Part shown: positions 29,040 through 37,874 of the stretch, one piece after another
Numbering within the stretch: position 1 is the first letter of the stretch
How the letters are laid out: each line of letters starts with the position of its first letter
From: Alphaproteobacteria bacterium CG_4_10_14_0_8_um_filter_37_21
GTDB lineage: Bacteria; Pseudomonadota; Alphaproteobacteria; Paracaedibacterales; UBA11393
NCBI GenBank assembly: GCA_002791835.1
Contig: PFNE01000045.1
Coordinates: forward strand, 1 to 55,366
Direction: 5' to 3'
DNA length: 55,366 bases
Translations under genes and position numbers: made by a program
Notes under the pieces: generated by a model
Told to the model about the DNA's origin: nothing
The model's database searches: none
The model's input: the letters and a program-made list of their open reading frames with translations, nothing else

Positions 29040-29513
29040 ATGTCAGACCAAGTAACTTCTGCTGAATTATTAGGGTTTACCACCGATATTGTTTCTTCTT
29101 ATGTTGCAAACCACCAAGTAAGTCCTGAAAATCTTAGAAAATTTGTACAGTCTACTTACCAGGTTTTGTCAGAAACAGCACGTTCACCATTTTTATTGCG
29201 GAGTTCTTCCCCCCTAAACCCAGCTGTTCCTATAGAAGAATCTATTCATGAAGATTACATTGTTTGCTTAGAAGATGGTAAACGTCTACAAATGTTAAAA
29301 CGCCATCTTAAAACTGTTTATAAAATGTCAGTTGAACAATACCGTGAACGTTGGGGTCTTCCCCACGATTATCCAGTTGTTGCACCTAGCTATGCAAAAC
29401 GTCGTAGCCAAATTGCTAAAAACACAGGCCTTGGTATGAGTGGGCGCCGAAAAAAATTCATCAAAGTCTCAGACCCTGAAGGCTCTAAAATTGGGGTTGC
29501 TATTAACCACTAA
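29040..29513 (+). CDS. mucR: MucR/Ros family transcriptional regulator
   Basis: TTDIVSSYV, PAVPIEESI..DYIVCLEDGK...LKRHL...YRERWGLP.DYPVVAPSYA..RS.IAK..GLG. Confidence 0.96.
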   Translation: MSDQVTSAELLGFTTDIVSSYVANHQVSPENLRKFVQSTYQVLSETARSPFLLRSSSPLNPAVPIEESIHEDYIVCLEDGKRLQMLKRHLKTVYKMSVEQYRERWGLPHDYPVVAPSYAKRRSQIAKNTGLGMSGRRKKFIKVSDPEGSKIGVAINH

Positions 29514-29542
29514 CATTTTTTTAAAACTATGTTATAATCACT

Positions 29543-29578
29543 TCCTAGACCTATACACTTATGTCTAGGATTTTTTTT
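29543..29578 (+). terminator. Intrinsic terminator after mucR
   Basis: TCCTAGAC-N12-GTCTAGGA followed by T8. Confidence 0.75.
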
Positions 29579-29597
29579 AACTATATTAATAGATAAT

Positions 29598-30974
29598 GTG
29601 ATGAAGAAAAAACTTTTTATTAAAACATTTGGCTGTCAAATGAATGTATACGATTCAGATCGTATGAAAGACCTTTTATCCCCACTAGGTTTCGAGACAA
29701 CTGATCTTCTTGACGATGCGGATTTTACCATTTTAAATACGTGCCATATCCGTGAAAAGGCAGAACAAAAAGTATATTCTGATTTAGGGCGTATTAATAT
29801 CATTAAAAAAGAGAGGCAAAAGCAAGGCAAAGACATGATCATTGCCGTTGCCGGATGTGTTGCCCAAGCAGAAGGCAGAGAAATATTACGCCAAGCACCC
29901 TATGTCAACATGGTATTTGGACCACAAACATATCATCAACTTCCTGAAATGTTAGCAGAGCTTATGCGCAAAAAGGATCAAGACCTTAAAGGTTCTGGTC
30001 GCGGTGTTGTGAATGTAGACTTTCCAAAAGAGGATAAATTTGACTCGCTCATATTACCAGAAAAATCACCTGTAAGCGCTTTTTTATCCATACAAGAGGG
30101 CTGTGATAAATTTTGCAAATTTTGTGTTGTTCCCTATACACGTGGTGCGGAATTTTCAAGGCCTTTTCATAAAGTGGTTGCAGAAGCTAAAAAACTTGTG
30201 GAACTTGGTGCACGCGAAATAACCGTTTTAGGGCAAAATGTTAGCGCTTATCATGGTGAAGACGAAGACGGAAAAGAACACTCTTTGGCAGACTTATTAT
30301 ATACACTTGCCGAAATTAATGGGCTAGATCGCTTGCGCTACACAACGTCACATCCATGTGATATGCAAGCAGATCTTATCAAGGCACATGGTGCCATCCC
30401 AAAATTAATGCCTTTTCTTCACCTTCCCGTTCAATCAGGAAGCGATAGCATTTTAAAAAATATGAACCGCAAACATGATCGCAACCGCTACTTTGAATTA
30501 ATTCAGGAATTCAAAAATGCACGGCCAGACATTGCTTTTTCATCAGATTTTATTGTTGGGTACCCAGGTGAAACAGATGAAGATTTTGAACAAACATTAG
30601 ACTTAGTACGCAAAGTAAATTTTGCACAATGTTATTCTTTTATGTATAGCAAGCGGCCAGGAACACCTGCTGCTGCAAACGAACTGCAAGTACCTGATGA
30701 TATAAAAGCAAAACGTTTACAAACACTGCAAGCATTACTGGCAGAACAACAACAAGCGTTTAATTCTTCTAAAATTGATACTGAACAAGATGTATTGCTT
30801 GATAGAACAGGCAAAAAAGAAGGACAATTATTGGGAAAATCAGCTTATTTGCAATCTGTTGTTGTTGAAGCACCTAAACGCTTGCTTGGACAAATCGTTA
30901 CGGTTAAAATTAAGAAGGCAACTTTAAACAGCCTAACGGGTGACATCATGGCTGTAAACGGAAAAAAAATCTAG
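29598..30974 (+). CDS. miaB: tRNA-i6A37 methylthiotransferase
   Basis: [20 protein letters not shown], radical-SAM motif [12 protein letters not shown] domain. Confidence 0.97.
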   Translation: MMKKKLFIKTFGCQMNVYDSDRMKDLLSPLGFETTDLLDDADFTILNTCHIREKAEQKVYSDLGRINIIKKERQKQGKDMIIAVAGCVAQAEGREILRQAPYVNMVFGPQTYHQLPEMLAELMRKKDQDLKGSGRGVVNVDFPKEDKFDSLILPEKSPVSAFLSIQEGCDKFCKFCVVPYTRGAEFSRPFHKVVAEAKKLVELGAREITVLGQNVSAYHGEDEDGKEHSLADLLYTLAEINGLDRLRYTTSHPCDMQADLIKAHGAIPKLMPFLHLPVQSGSDSILKNMNRKHDRNRYFELIQEFKNARPDIAFSSDFIVGYPGETDEDFEQTLDLVRKVNFAQCYSFMYSKRPGTPAAANELQVPDDIKAKRLQTLQALLAEQQQAFNSSKIDTEQDVLLDRTGKKEGQLLGKSAYLQSVVVEAPKRLLGQIVTVKIKKATLNSLTGDIMAVNGKKI

Positions 30975-31001
30975 TAATCATATGAAATTGATCGTTTTTT
31001 A

Positions 31002-31499
31002 ATGCAAATCACTTCCAATATACTTGTACAAATTGATTATTCTTTATGGAGTTCCTGGCACTCTGAAGAAGATTGGTCAGTCTTTTTTGCACCAATTTTT
31101 CAAGGCGTTTTATCTTTATTAAATATCACGAAATCCTTGGAAGTTAGCGTCCTTTTAACCAACGATAAATGCATTCAGGAAATGAATAAGCAATTTCGCG
31201 ATAAAGACAAACCCACAAATGTGCTCTCTTTTCCGCAGCTATCTGCCCAAGAGCTAGCTAATATTCAGATGATGCAACAACCAATTTTACTTGGTGATAT
31301 TGCCATGAGCTTTGAGACGATACAAAAAGAAAGTTTAGAACAAAATAAATTGTTCATGAATCATCTGACGCATTTATTTGTCCACAGCACCCTACACTTA
31401 TTAGGATATGACCATGTTCAGGATGAAGATGCCAACATGATGGAAAAGCTTGAGACCCATATTTTATCCAAACTTAATATTTCAAACCCATATCAATAA
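31002..31499 (+). CDS. ybeY: rRNA maturation RNase YbeY
   Basis: RDKDKPTNVLSFP, LGDI, HSTLHLLGYDH. Confidence 0.96.
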   Translation: MQITSNILVQIDYSLWSSWHSEEDWSVFFAPIFQGVLSLLNITKSLEVSVLLTNDKCIQEMNKQFRDKDKPTNVLSFPQLSAQELANIQMMQQPILLGDIAMSFETIQKESLEQNKLFMNHLTHLFVHSTLHLLGYDHVQDEDANMMEKLETHILSKLNISNPYQ

Positions 31500-31507
31500 A
31501 GGCCAAC

Positions 31508-32371
31508 TTGATGTTTTCAAAAATAAAAAAATTCTTAAAGCGAAACGAACCTGAAACAGTACGCAACACAATTGAAGATCTTATTGAAGAAATAGATGAT
31601 CTTATTGAAGATAATGAAGAAAAAGACATTAGTATTAAATCTGATGAACGACAGCTTCTTGGAAACGTTTTGGATTTACGGGATCTGAAAGCTGAAGATG
31701 TCATGGTACCACGTGCTGAAATTATAGCAGCACCCGATACAGTATCCCCAGACGAACTTTTAGGCCTTATGGTGCAGCATGGATATAGTGTCATGCCTAT
31801 TTATCACGATACACTTGATACAATTATAGGCTTTGTTCACATTAAGGATATTCTGTCCTTTATTTATAATAAGAAAGAACTTAATATCCCGCACCTTATG
31901 CGTAAAAGTGTTTTATTTATTTCACCAGCTATGCAAACGTTAGACTTACTGTTAGAAATGAAGAAAAATGCACATAATATTGCAATTGTTGCAGATGAAC
32001 ATGGAGGAACAGATGGTATGGTATGTTTTTCCGATTTAATTGAAGAAATAGTTGGCGACATTCAAGATGCTGACTACCAACAAACAGCACAAATTAATAT
32101 TAAAGAAGATGGTACGGTTCTTGTAGATGCACGTATATTACTGGAAGATTTAGAAGAGAAATTATCGTGCACGATCGCTGTAGAACAACAAAACGGAGAA
32201 GATATTGAAACGCTTGGCGGCCTTATCAACAACATTGTAAATAGAGTTCCAACAAGGGGAGAGGTTATTTCCCATCCTGATGGATTTGAATTTGAAATCC
32301 TAGACGCAGATCCAAGGCGTATTAAAAAAGTAATTATTTTAAAACGCCCCAATCAGCAAAAAACAACCTGA
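31508..32371 (+). CDS. corC: HlyC/CorC family CBS-domain protein
   Basis: DVMVPRAEI, CBS pair, DEHGGTDG...DLIEEIVGDI.D, CorC_HlyC domain (ETLGG...DADPRRIK). Confidence 0.92.
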   Translation: MMFSKIKKFLKRNEPETVRNTIEDLIEEIDDLIEDNEEKDISIKSDERQLLGNVLDLRDLKAEDVMVPRAEIIAAPDTVSPDELLGLMVQHGYSVMPIYHDTLDTIIGFVHIKDILSFIYNKKELNIPHLMRKSVLFISPAMQTLDLLLEMKKNAHNIAIVADEHGGTDGMVCFSDLIEEIVGDIQDADYQQTAQINIKEDGTVLVDARILLEDLEEKLSCTIAVEQQNGEDIETLGGLINNIVNRVPTRGEVISHPDGFEFEILDADPRRIKKVIILKRPNQQKTT

Positions 32372-32374
32372 AAT

Positions 32375-32404
32375 CAGCCATCATATGTTTACATATGATG
32401 GCTG
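32375..32404. terminator. Perfect 13-bp hairpin right after corC (likely terminator)
   Basis: CAGCCATCATATG-TTTA-CATATGATGGCTG, 3 bp after the stop; the U-tract is weak. Confidence 0.6.
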
Positions 32405-32669
32405 GATAATTCCGTTTTTCTGCAAAAAGTAAAATCTTTTTGTCGCTTAGTTTTTTTGCCACAGTAAATAAACAAAATAAAAAGAGATTGAAAGATTATT
32501 TTGCTCACTCAAATTGTTTTGAACTTTTCCTCGCATAATGCTTAAAGCTATTGACCTTAACGCTATATTCACAAAAAGTATGACTTCCTTAATCATTTCC
32601 TGAAAGCCCCACGAAGCTTGCTTTACGGATCTTTTGTTTAAAAAAAATTAAAATTAGAGCAATTTTATA

Positions 32670-32698
32670 TTGACTTACCACCACTAATATATCAAAAT
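32670..32698 (+). promoter_or_regulatory. sigma70-type promoter of tRNA-Leu
   Basis: TTGACT-N17-CAAAAT, ending 8 bp before the tRNA. Confidence 0.6.
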
Positions 32699-32706
32699 AG
32701 GTTTGT

Positions 32707-32793
32707 GCCTGCTTGGTGGAATCGGTAGACACAACAGACTTAAAATCTGTCGCCTGTATGGGCGTGCCAGTTCAAGTCTGGCAGTAGGCACCA
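32707..32793 (+). tRNA. tRNA-Leu(TAA)
   Basis: 87 nt; anticodon arm ACAGA-CTTAAAA-TCTGT; long variable arm; GTTCAAG T-loop; encoded CCA. Confidence 0.97.
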
Positions 32794-32794
32794 T

Positions 32795-32824
32795 TTGACA
32801 TGTCCCCCTAGAGCATGTTATAAT
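32795..32824 (+). promoter_or_regulatory. sigma70 promoter of tRNA-Lys/tRNA-Met
   Basis: Perfect hexamers TTGACA-N18-TATAAT. Confidence 0.7.
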
Positions 32825-32840
32825 GAAATCCGGAATATTA

Positions 32841-32916
32841 GGGCCCTTAGCTCAGTTGGTAGAGCGCCTGACTTTTAATCAGGATGTCGAAGGTTCGAAT
32901 CCCTCAGGGCCCACCA
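32841..32916 (+). tRNA. tRNA-Lys(TTT)
   Basis: 76 nt; GGGCCCT/AGGGCCC acceptor stem; CCTGA-CTTTTAA-TCAGG; encoded CCA. Confidence 0.97.
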
Positions 32917-32927
32917 TTTTACCTTAC

Positions 32928-33004
32928 GGCGGGGTAGCTCAGCTGGTTAGAGCAGCGGAATCATAATCCGCGTGTCGGGGGTTCAAGTCCCTCTCCCGCT
33001 ACCA
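32928..33004 (+). tRNA. tRNA-Met(CAT), elongator type
   Basis: 77 nt; GCGGA-ATCATAA-TCCGC; G1 paired, no GGG/CCC initiator anticodon stem; encoded CCA. Confidence 0.93.
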
Positions 33005-33030
33005 TATTCTTCTCATCATTATCTTATTTT

Positions 33031-33059
33031 TTGACTTACCCATTTTATTAAAATACTTT
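33031..33059 (+). promoter_or_regulatory. Candidate sigma70 promoter of sodB
   Basis: TTGACT-N17-TACTTT. Confidence 0.45.
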
Positions 33060-33094
33060 AAAGTAGGAATAGTTAATCTTAAAAATAAAAAGCA

Positions 33095-33691
33095 ATGCAA
33101 CATACACTTCCTAAACTACCTTACGCACTAGATGCCCTAACTCCCCATATTAGCAAAGAAACATTAGAATTGCATTATGGCAAGCATCACCAAACTTATG
33201 TAACAAATTTAAATAAGCTTCTAGTGGATTCTGAGTTTGCCACAGCCTCACTTGAGGAGATTATATTAAAAACATCTGGCAATTCAGACTTTGCTGGTCT
33301 GTTTAACAATGCTGCACAAGTATGGAATCATACCTTTTACTGGCATTGCTTATCCCCAAACGGTGGTGGTGAACCAACAGGCACACTTAAAGAGATGATT
33401 GAAAAAAAATTCGGCTCACTTGAGACCTTTAAAGCTGAATTCAAAACTGCGTGTCTAACGCAGTTCGGTTCTGGCTGGGCTTGGCTGGTACAAGAAGGGT
33501 CATCTCTAAAAATAGTTAAAACGCCAAATGCCGAAACGCCAATGACCAAAGGCTTAAAACCATTATTAACATGCGACGTATGGGAACATGCTTATTATGT
33601 TGATTACCAAAATCGTCGTCCAGATTACGTTGATACATTTTTAGCGCATCTTGTAAATTGGGATTTTGTAGCACAACAACTTGACGATTAG
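33095..33691 (+). CDS. sodB: Fe superoxide dismutase
   Basis: HYGKHH, FNNAAQVWNH (Fe-type), FGSGWAW, DVWEHAYY. Confidence 0.96.
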   Translation: MQHTLPKLPYALDALTPHISKETLELHYGKHHQTYVTNLNKLLVDSEFATASLEEIILKTSGNSDFAGLFNNAAQVWNHTFYWHCLSPNGGGEPTGTLKEMIEKKFGSLETFKAEFKTACLTQFGSGWAWLVQEGSSLKIVKTPNAETPMTKGLKPLLTCDVWEHAYYVDYQNRRPDYVDTFLAHLVNWDFVAQQLDD

Positions 33692-33700
33692 TTTTTTTTC

Positions 33701-34507
33701 ATGAACGAAACACTTCTAATCGCCCTTCTTTCCGGCGTTTGCCTTAGCTTTTTATTAGCACCCCTTGGGTGCTACTTGCTTTGGCAGCGCATGGCTTTTT
33801 TAGGTGATACATTGTCGCACAGTGCCATTTTAGGCATAGCATTAAGTGTTTTGTTTCACTTCCCACTCTACCACATCGGCACAATTATTTACCTTATTGG
33901 ATTTGTTTTACTATTTGACTATTTTACAGCAAAAAAAAGCCTGTCAAATGATACGGTATTATCACTATTGTCTTACGGCGGTATGTCCTTTGGTCTTGTC
34001 ATCCTAAACCTTTGCGGGCAAGACGATACATTAAATCAAATTTTATTTGGCGATTTACTTTCTATAGATTATCAAAGTTTAGGCGTTCTTGCAGCCTTAG
34101 CCTTGACAGTTAATATCTATTTAGCAACGTTTCATAAAAAACTTATTCTCTACATCTTAGATTCAGACTTGGCGCAACAGTCAGGTTTAAACGTCAAACA
34201 CGTGCGTGTTGTATTTTTATTAATATCAGCCACAGTCATTGCCGTTTCTATTCACTGGGTTGGCGCCCTTATTGCACCCGCCCTACTCATTATTCCCTGC
34301 ACTGCTGTGTTTACAAATACTCTCTCACCAAAAGAAACAATTATAAAAGCGCTTCTATTTTCGCTACTTTCCTTCCCAATTGGTATATTGGGATCTTTTT
34401 ATTTATCGGTATCCATAGGACCAGGAATTGTTTGTGCGTTCATCATCATGTTACTTACCAGATGGGTATCAATAAAAGCCTTCAGGTTGTTACCTTTAAG
34501 GAATTAG
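33701..34507 (+). CDS. znuB: Zn/Mn ABC transporter permease (ZnuB-like)
   Basis: APLGC...RMAFLGDTLSH, LFGDLL, VGAL...LLIIP. Confidence 0.85.
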   Translation: MNETLLIALLSGVCLSFLLAPLGCYLLWQRMAFLGDTLSHSAILGIALSVLFHFPLYHIGTIIYLIGFVLLFDYFTAKKSLSNDTVLSLLSYGGMSFGLVILNLCGQDDTLNQILFGDLLSIDYQSLGVLAALALTVNIYLATFHKKLILYILDSDLAQQSGLNVKHVRVVFLLISATVIAVSIHWVGALIAPALLIIPCTAVFTNTLSPKETIIKALLFSLLSFPIGILGSFYLSVSIGPGIVCAFIIMLLTRWVSIKAFRLLPLRN

Positions 34508-34508
34508 T

Positions 34509-34829
34509 ATGTTGTTTTGTCCGCCACTGAAAGATCTGCCAATTAAAGAAACATCTGATGGCGTCATATTATATATAAAAGTCACCCCTAATGCAGCAAA
34601 AAGCAAAGTTGGCGGTATTAAAGTCGGACCATTACACCCTTTTTTAAAAATATTTATTAAAGAGCAAGCAATTGATGGCAAAGCCAATAAGGCTACCATC
34701 GACTTTTTACACAAATTATTTAAACATTCAAAAAGCGCGTTCACAATACAATCAGGCCAATTACAACGGTCCAAAACCATTTTAATAACAGGCCTTAAGG
34801 CTAAAAACATTATTCAACACATTATATAA
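34509..34829 (+). CDS. DUF167 (YggU/UPF0235) family protein
   Basis: IKVTPNA, DGKANKA.I.FL, SG...R.K. Confidence 0.88.
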   Translation: MLFCPPLKDLPIKETSDGVILYIKVTPNAAKSKVGGIKVGPLHPFLKIFIKEQAIDGKANKATIDFLHKLFKHSKSAFTIQSGQLQRSKTILITGLKAKNIIQHII

Positions 34830-34843
34830 AACTGGAAAAGTCT

Positions 34844-35926
34844 ATGTTCAAACACAATTTTTTTTTTAGCTTAATCTCCACCCTTATTTTTTTAACAAAC
34901 TGTTCAGGACCAGATACGCATTTAACATTAACGCCCATCCCTTATGAAAAGCTCCCAAGTTTCCATAAAGATCAGCTCATTAACGCCCTACCTGCTTTTA
35001 AAACAAGCTGCGCAGCCGTTATTAAAAACCCAAACAAAAAATACTATTCAGAAGTTGGCTACAGATCAATGGCAGATTTTCTACCCTTTTGCCACTGCAT
35101 ATTATATGACAATATTAAACATGAACAAGAACTTCGTGAACGCATCATACAGCATCTTACCCCTTATAAAGTAGCCGTAAACGGATCCAATAACGGTATA
35201 TTTACAGGGTACTATGAACCTATATTAAACGGATCATTAAAAAGAAGCGGTAAATATAAAACACCTTTATATAGAAAACCACATTCAGCAGCCCTTGCTA
35301 CTTTACCAAGAAAAGATATTGTACGCGGCGCCCTAAAAGGTAAAAAGCTAGAAATCGTTTATGTAGATGATCCTATTGCTGCTTTTTTTATACAAATTCA
35401 GGGTTCTGGACGCGTAAGACTACCAAGTGGCAAAATGCTACACTTAGGATATTCATCTGGCAACAAACAGCCTTATACCCCCATCGGTAGAACGCTACTA
35501 GATGAAGGGCACCTTGTTAAAGACCGTGACGAAGTTACAATGCAATCTATTACAAAATGGCTAAGAAACAATCCTTCTAAAGCAGAAAGCATTATGTCCT
35601 CAAACGATAGCTATGTCTTTTTTATAACAAGAAAAGGGGGCACAGGACCAATTGGATCACAAAATGTTCCAATTACTGCAGGTAGATCTATGGCTATTGA
35701 CCCTAAATTTGTAGCCCTTGGCACACCCCTTTGGCTGGATATGTGTGACAAACACCTAGGAACTTTTCAACGCCTTATGGTAGCACAAGATACAGGTGGT
35801 GCCATTAAAGGGGGCATTCGCGGCGATTATTTTTTTGGACTTGGGCACAAAGCGGGTGAAAAGGCGGGCGTCTTAAATGCACAAGGGACATTTTTCCTGC
35901 TGTTACCAAAAATCAACCACCCTTAA
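34844..35926 (+). CDS. mltA: Membrane-bound lytic murein transglycosylase A
   Basis: Lipobox LTNC, FTGYYEP, IQGSG, SYVFF, 3D domain AQDTGGAIKG..RGD. Confidence 0.95.
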   Translation: MFKHNFFFSLISTLIFLTNCSGPDTHLTLTPIPYEKLPSFHKDQLINALPAFKTSCAAVIKNPNKKYYSEVGYRSMADFLPFCHCILYDNIKHEQELRERIIQHLTPYKVAVNGSNNGIFTGYYEPILNGSLKRSGKYKTPLYRKPHSAALATLPRKDIVRGALKGKKLEIVYVDDPIAAFFIQIQGSGRVRLPSGKMLHLGYSSGNKQPYTPIGRTLLDEGHLVKDRDEVTMQSITKWLRNNPSKAESIMSSNDSYVFFITRKGGTGPIGSQNVPITAGRSMAIDPKFVALGTPLWLDMCDKHLGTFQRLMVAQDTGGAIKGGIRGDYFFGLGHKAGEKAGVLNAQGTFFLLLPKINHP

Positions 35927-36060
35927 CCGTAACTATGTGTGACAAAAATACCATACAGTTATATTTAATTAAAATTTTATAAATAAAATAGCTTTTACTT
36001 TATGTTTAATTTAATTAAAACTTTATATATAGGCAACTAATTTCAACTTTTGGAGAAAAA

Positions 36061-37512
36061 ATGAAATTAAAAAATTTATTACTACTAGGCGCGTCTATGG
36101 CTGTATCATCTGCAGCTTTCGCACACGCTGGTAACACACCACACAAAAAAGAAGAAAAAGTGTATTGTGATGCTAGTTGCAAGAATAAAGGTACTGTTAC
36201 ACCATCTGGTTACATGAAATTAACAGATAATGTTTTTATTGGTGTTCATGGTTATGTACATGCTGTTTTAAACTATGACCTTGATTCATTCAATGGTGAT
36301 TACAGCCAAGCACATTCTTATGCATGGGATAATCTAGAAGATAAGACTGGTGTTAACGGTGCTATCAATTCACCAAATAAAAAAGGTGTTGTTTCTGCAC
36401 ACATGAAACAAACACGTTTAAAACTAAACATGTTAACAAGAACATGTCGCTTTGGTGACGTTAAAGGTACAGTTATAACTGATTTCTATGCTGATCAACG
36501 TTTTGCAACAGAATCAAATGGCTCTGCTCATAATCTTAAAGACCCATCCATTAGCGGATCTTTAAAGCTTAGACTGCGCCAAGCATATTTCACAATTGGA
36601 CAATGGACAGTTGGTCAAGATTATTCAACATTCCACAACTTCCCACAAGCGCACACAGCTGACTTTGTTGGACATTATGGTGACTCAACCCGTCAGCCAG
36701 TTCTTCGCCACACATGGACTGCCAATAAAATGTTCACATGGGAAAATTCTATAGAACGCCCAAGTGCTGATTATATTAGTTTTAACAGTGCTGGTGTTAA
36801 AACTCCTGCCGGAAAAGCAGTGACCATACATAAAACAGGTTCTGGTCAAGATATTGTTGAGCACAAGCTTCCTGATTTTGCAACACGCATGAAACTAACA
36901 GTTGGCAAAGGACATGAATTTGCTCTACGTGGTGTTGCAAAGCACTTATCATTTAAAACGCAAGACAAACAAAAAGCAAACCGCTCATCAAAAATGGCTT
37001 ATGGTTTCGGTACAGATGCTAAAATTATGACTGTAAAAGGTGGTTATGTGTCTGCAGTGCTAAACTATGGCCGCGGTGTGAACCAATATATTTCAGAATA
37101 TGAAGGTCACTCAGCAGTTATTGATACAGCAACAAATAAAATGGCGCTACAGACAACCACACAATGGGGACTTGGCTTAACACAACCATTTAACGATATG
37201 TGGACAATGAACCTTGGTTTTTCTCGTGGTACAGTGCATAAAGCTGGCATGCTAGAAACTGGTTTAACATATAATGTTGCCGGTCAAAGCGTATCAAATG
37301 GTACGAATGTTATGCTAGAAAATGCGGCACGGGTTCCAACACGTTCCATTGAACGTTATTTTGCTAACATCATGTGGACTCCTGCTGATGACTTGAAATT
37401 TGGTCTTGAGTATATGCATTCAGTTAAAAAAAGCATGAAAGACTCTACATTAACACGGTCTGTAAAAGCAACTGGAAAACGCGTTTTAGCAACAGCACGC
37501 TATTCTTTCTAA
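36061..37512 (+). CDS. Outer-membrane porin, DcaP-like
   Basis: GGAG RBS, signal peptide (AAFA/H), QTRL, LRLRQAY...WTVGQDYSTF, LPD, GLEY; C-terminal aromatic (ARYSF). Confidence 0.85.
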   Translation: MKLKNLLLLGASMAVSSAAFAHAGNTPHKKEEKVYCDASCKNKGTVTPSGYMKLTDNVFIGVHGYVHAVLNYDLDSFNGDYSQAHSYAWDNLEDKTGVNGAINSPNKKGVVSAHMKQTRLKLNMLTRTCRFGDVKGTVITDFYADQRFATESNGSAHNLKDPSISGSLKLRLRQAYFTIGQWTVGQDYSTFHNFPQAHTADFVGHYGDSTRQPVLRHTWTANKMFTWENSIERPSADYISFNSAGVKTPAGKAVTIHKTGSGQDIVEHKLPDFATRMKLTVGKGHEFALRGVAKHLSFKTQDKQKANRSSKMAYGFGTDAKIMTVKGGYVSAVLNYGRGVNQYISEYEGHSAVIDTATNKMALQTTTQWGLGLTQPFNDMWTMNLGFSRGTVHKAGMLETGLTYNVAGQSVSNGTNVMLENAARVPTRSIERYFANIMWTPADDLKFGLEYMHSVKKSMKDSTLTRSVKATGKRVLATARYSF

Positions 37513-37538
37513 AAATATAAATTATTTTTAATTGTGAT

Positions 37539-37569
37539 AAGGTCGGGGATTTTTCTCCGACCTTTTTTT
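37539..37569 (+). terminator. Intrinsic terminator after the porin gene
   Basis: AAGGTCGGGGA-TTTT-TCTCCGACCTT followed by a T-run. Confidence 0.88.
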
Positions 37570-37874
37570 ATCGGTAATGGGATTTAAAAAAAGCATAGCC
37601 GCCGATAAATAGCATGTTTTTGGTGGCATTATACTTTTTGTGTTTTCATTAAATTCGGTTTTTTTATTATGCATTATCAATGCGTGTATGCACTTGCGAA
37701 CCATCCTTAAAAGTGTTGAATACTCTACTGATGTAACCTTAAGACCCCAATCATATTAATACAATTCACAAATCATATCTTTTGTCTGAGTGGCACTTTT
37801 TTTATAAACAAAGCGTACTCATTACAATATTGTAAGTTACAAGAAACCGATCACATGGCGTTCTATTTTAGATG

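Noticed and set aside
32928-33004. tRNA-fMet or tRNA-Ile2
   Set aside because: It lacks the C1:A72 mismatch and the three consecutive G-C anticodon-stem pairs of initiator tRNA, and the sequence fits the elongator Met type better than Ile2.
37570-37874. ncRNA or pseudogene in the 300-bp porin/murJ spacer (also 32405-32669)
   Set aside because: Only short inverted repeats and no recognisable RNA family or protein remnant. It may be decayed DNA, but nothing here is supportable.
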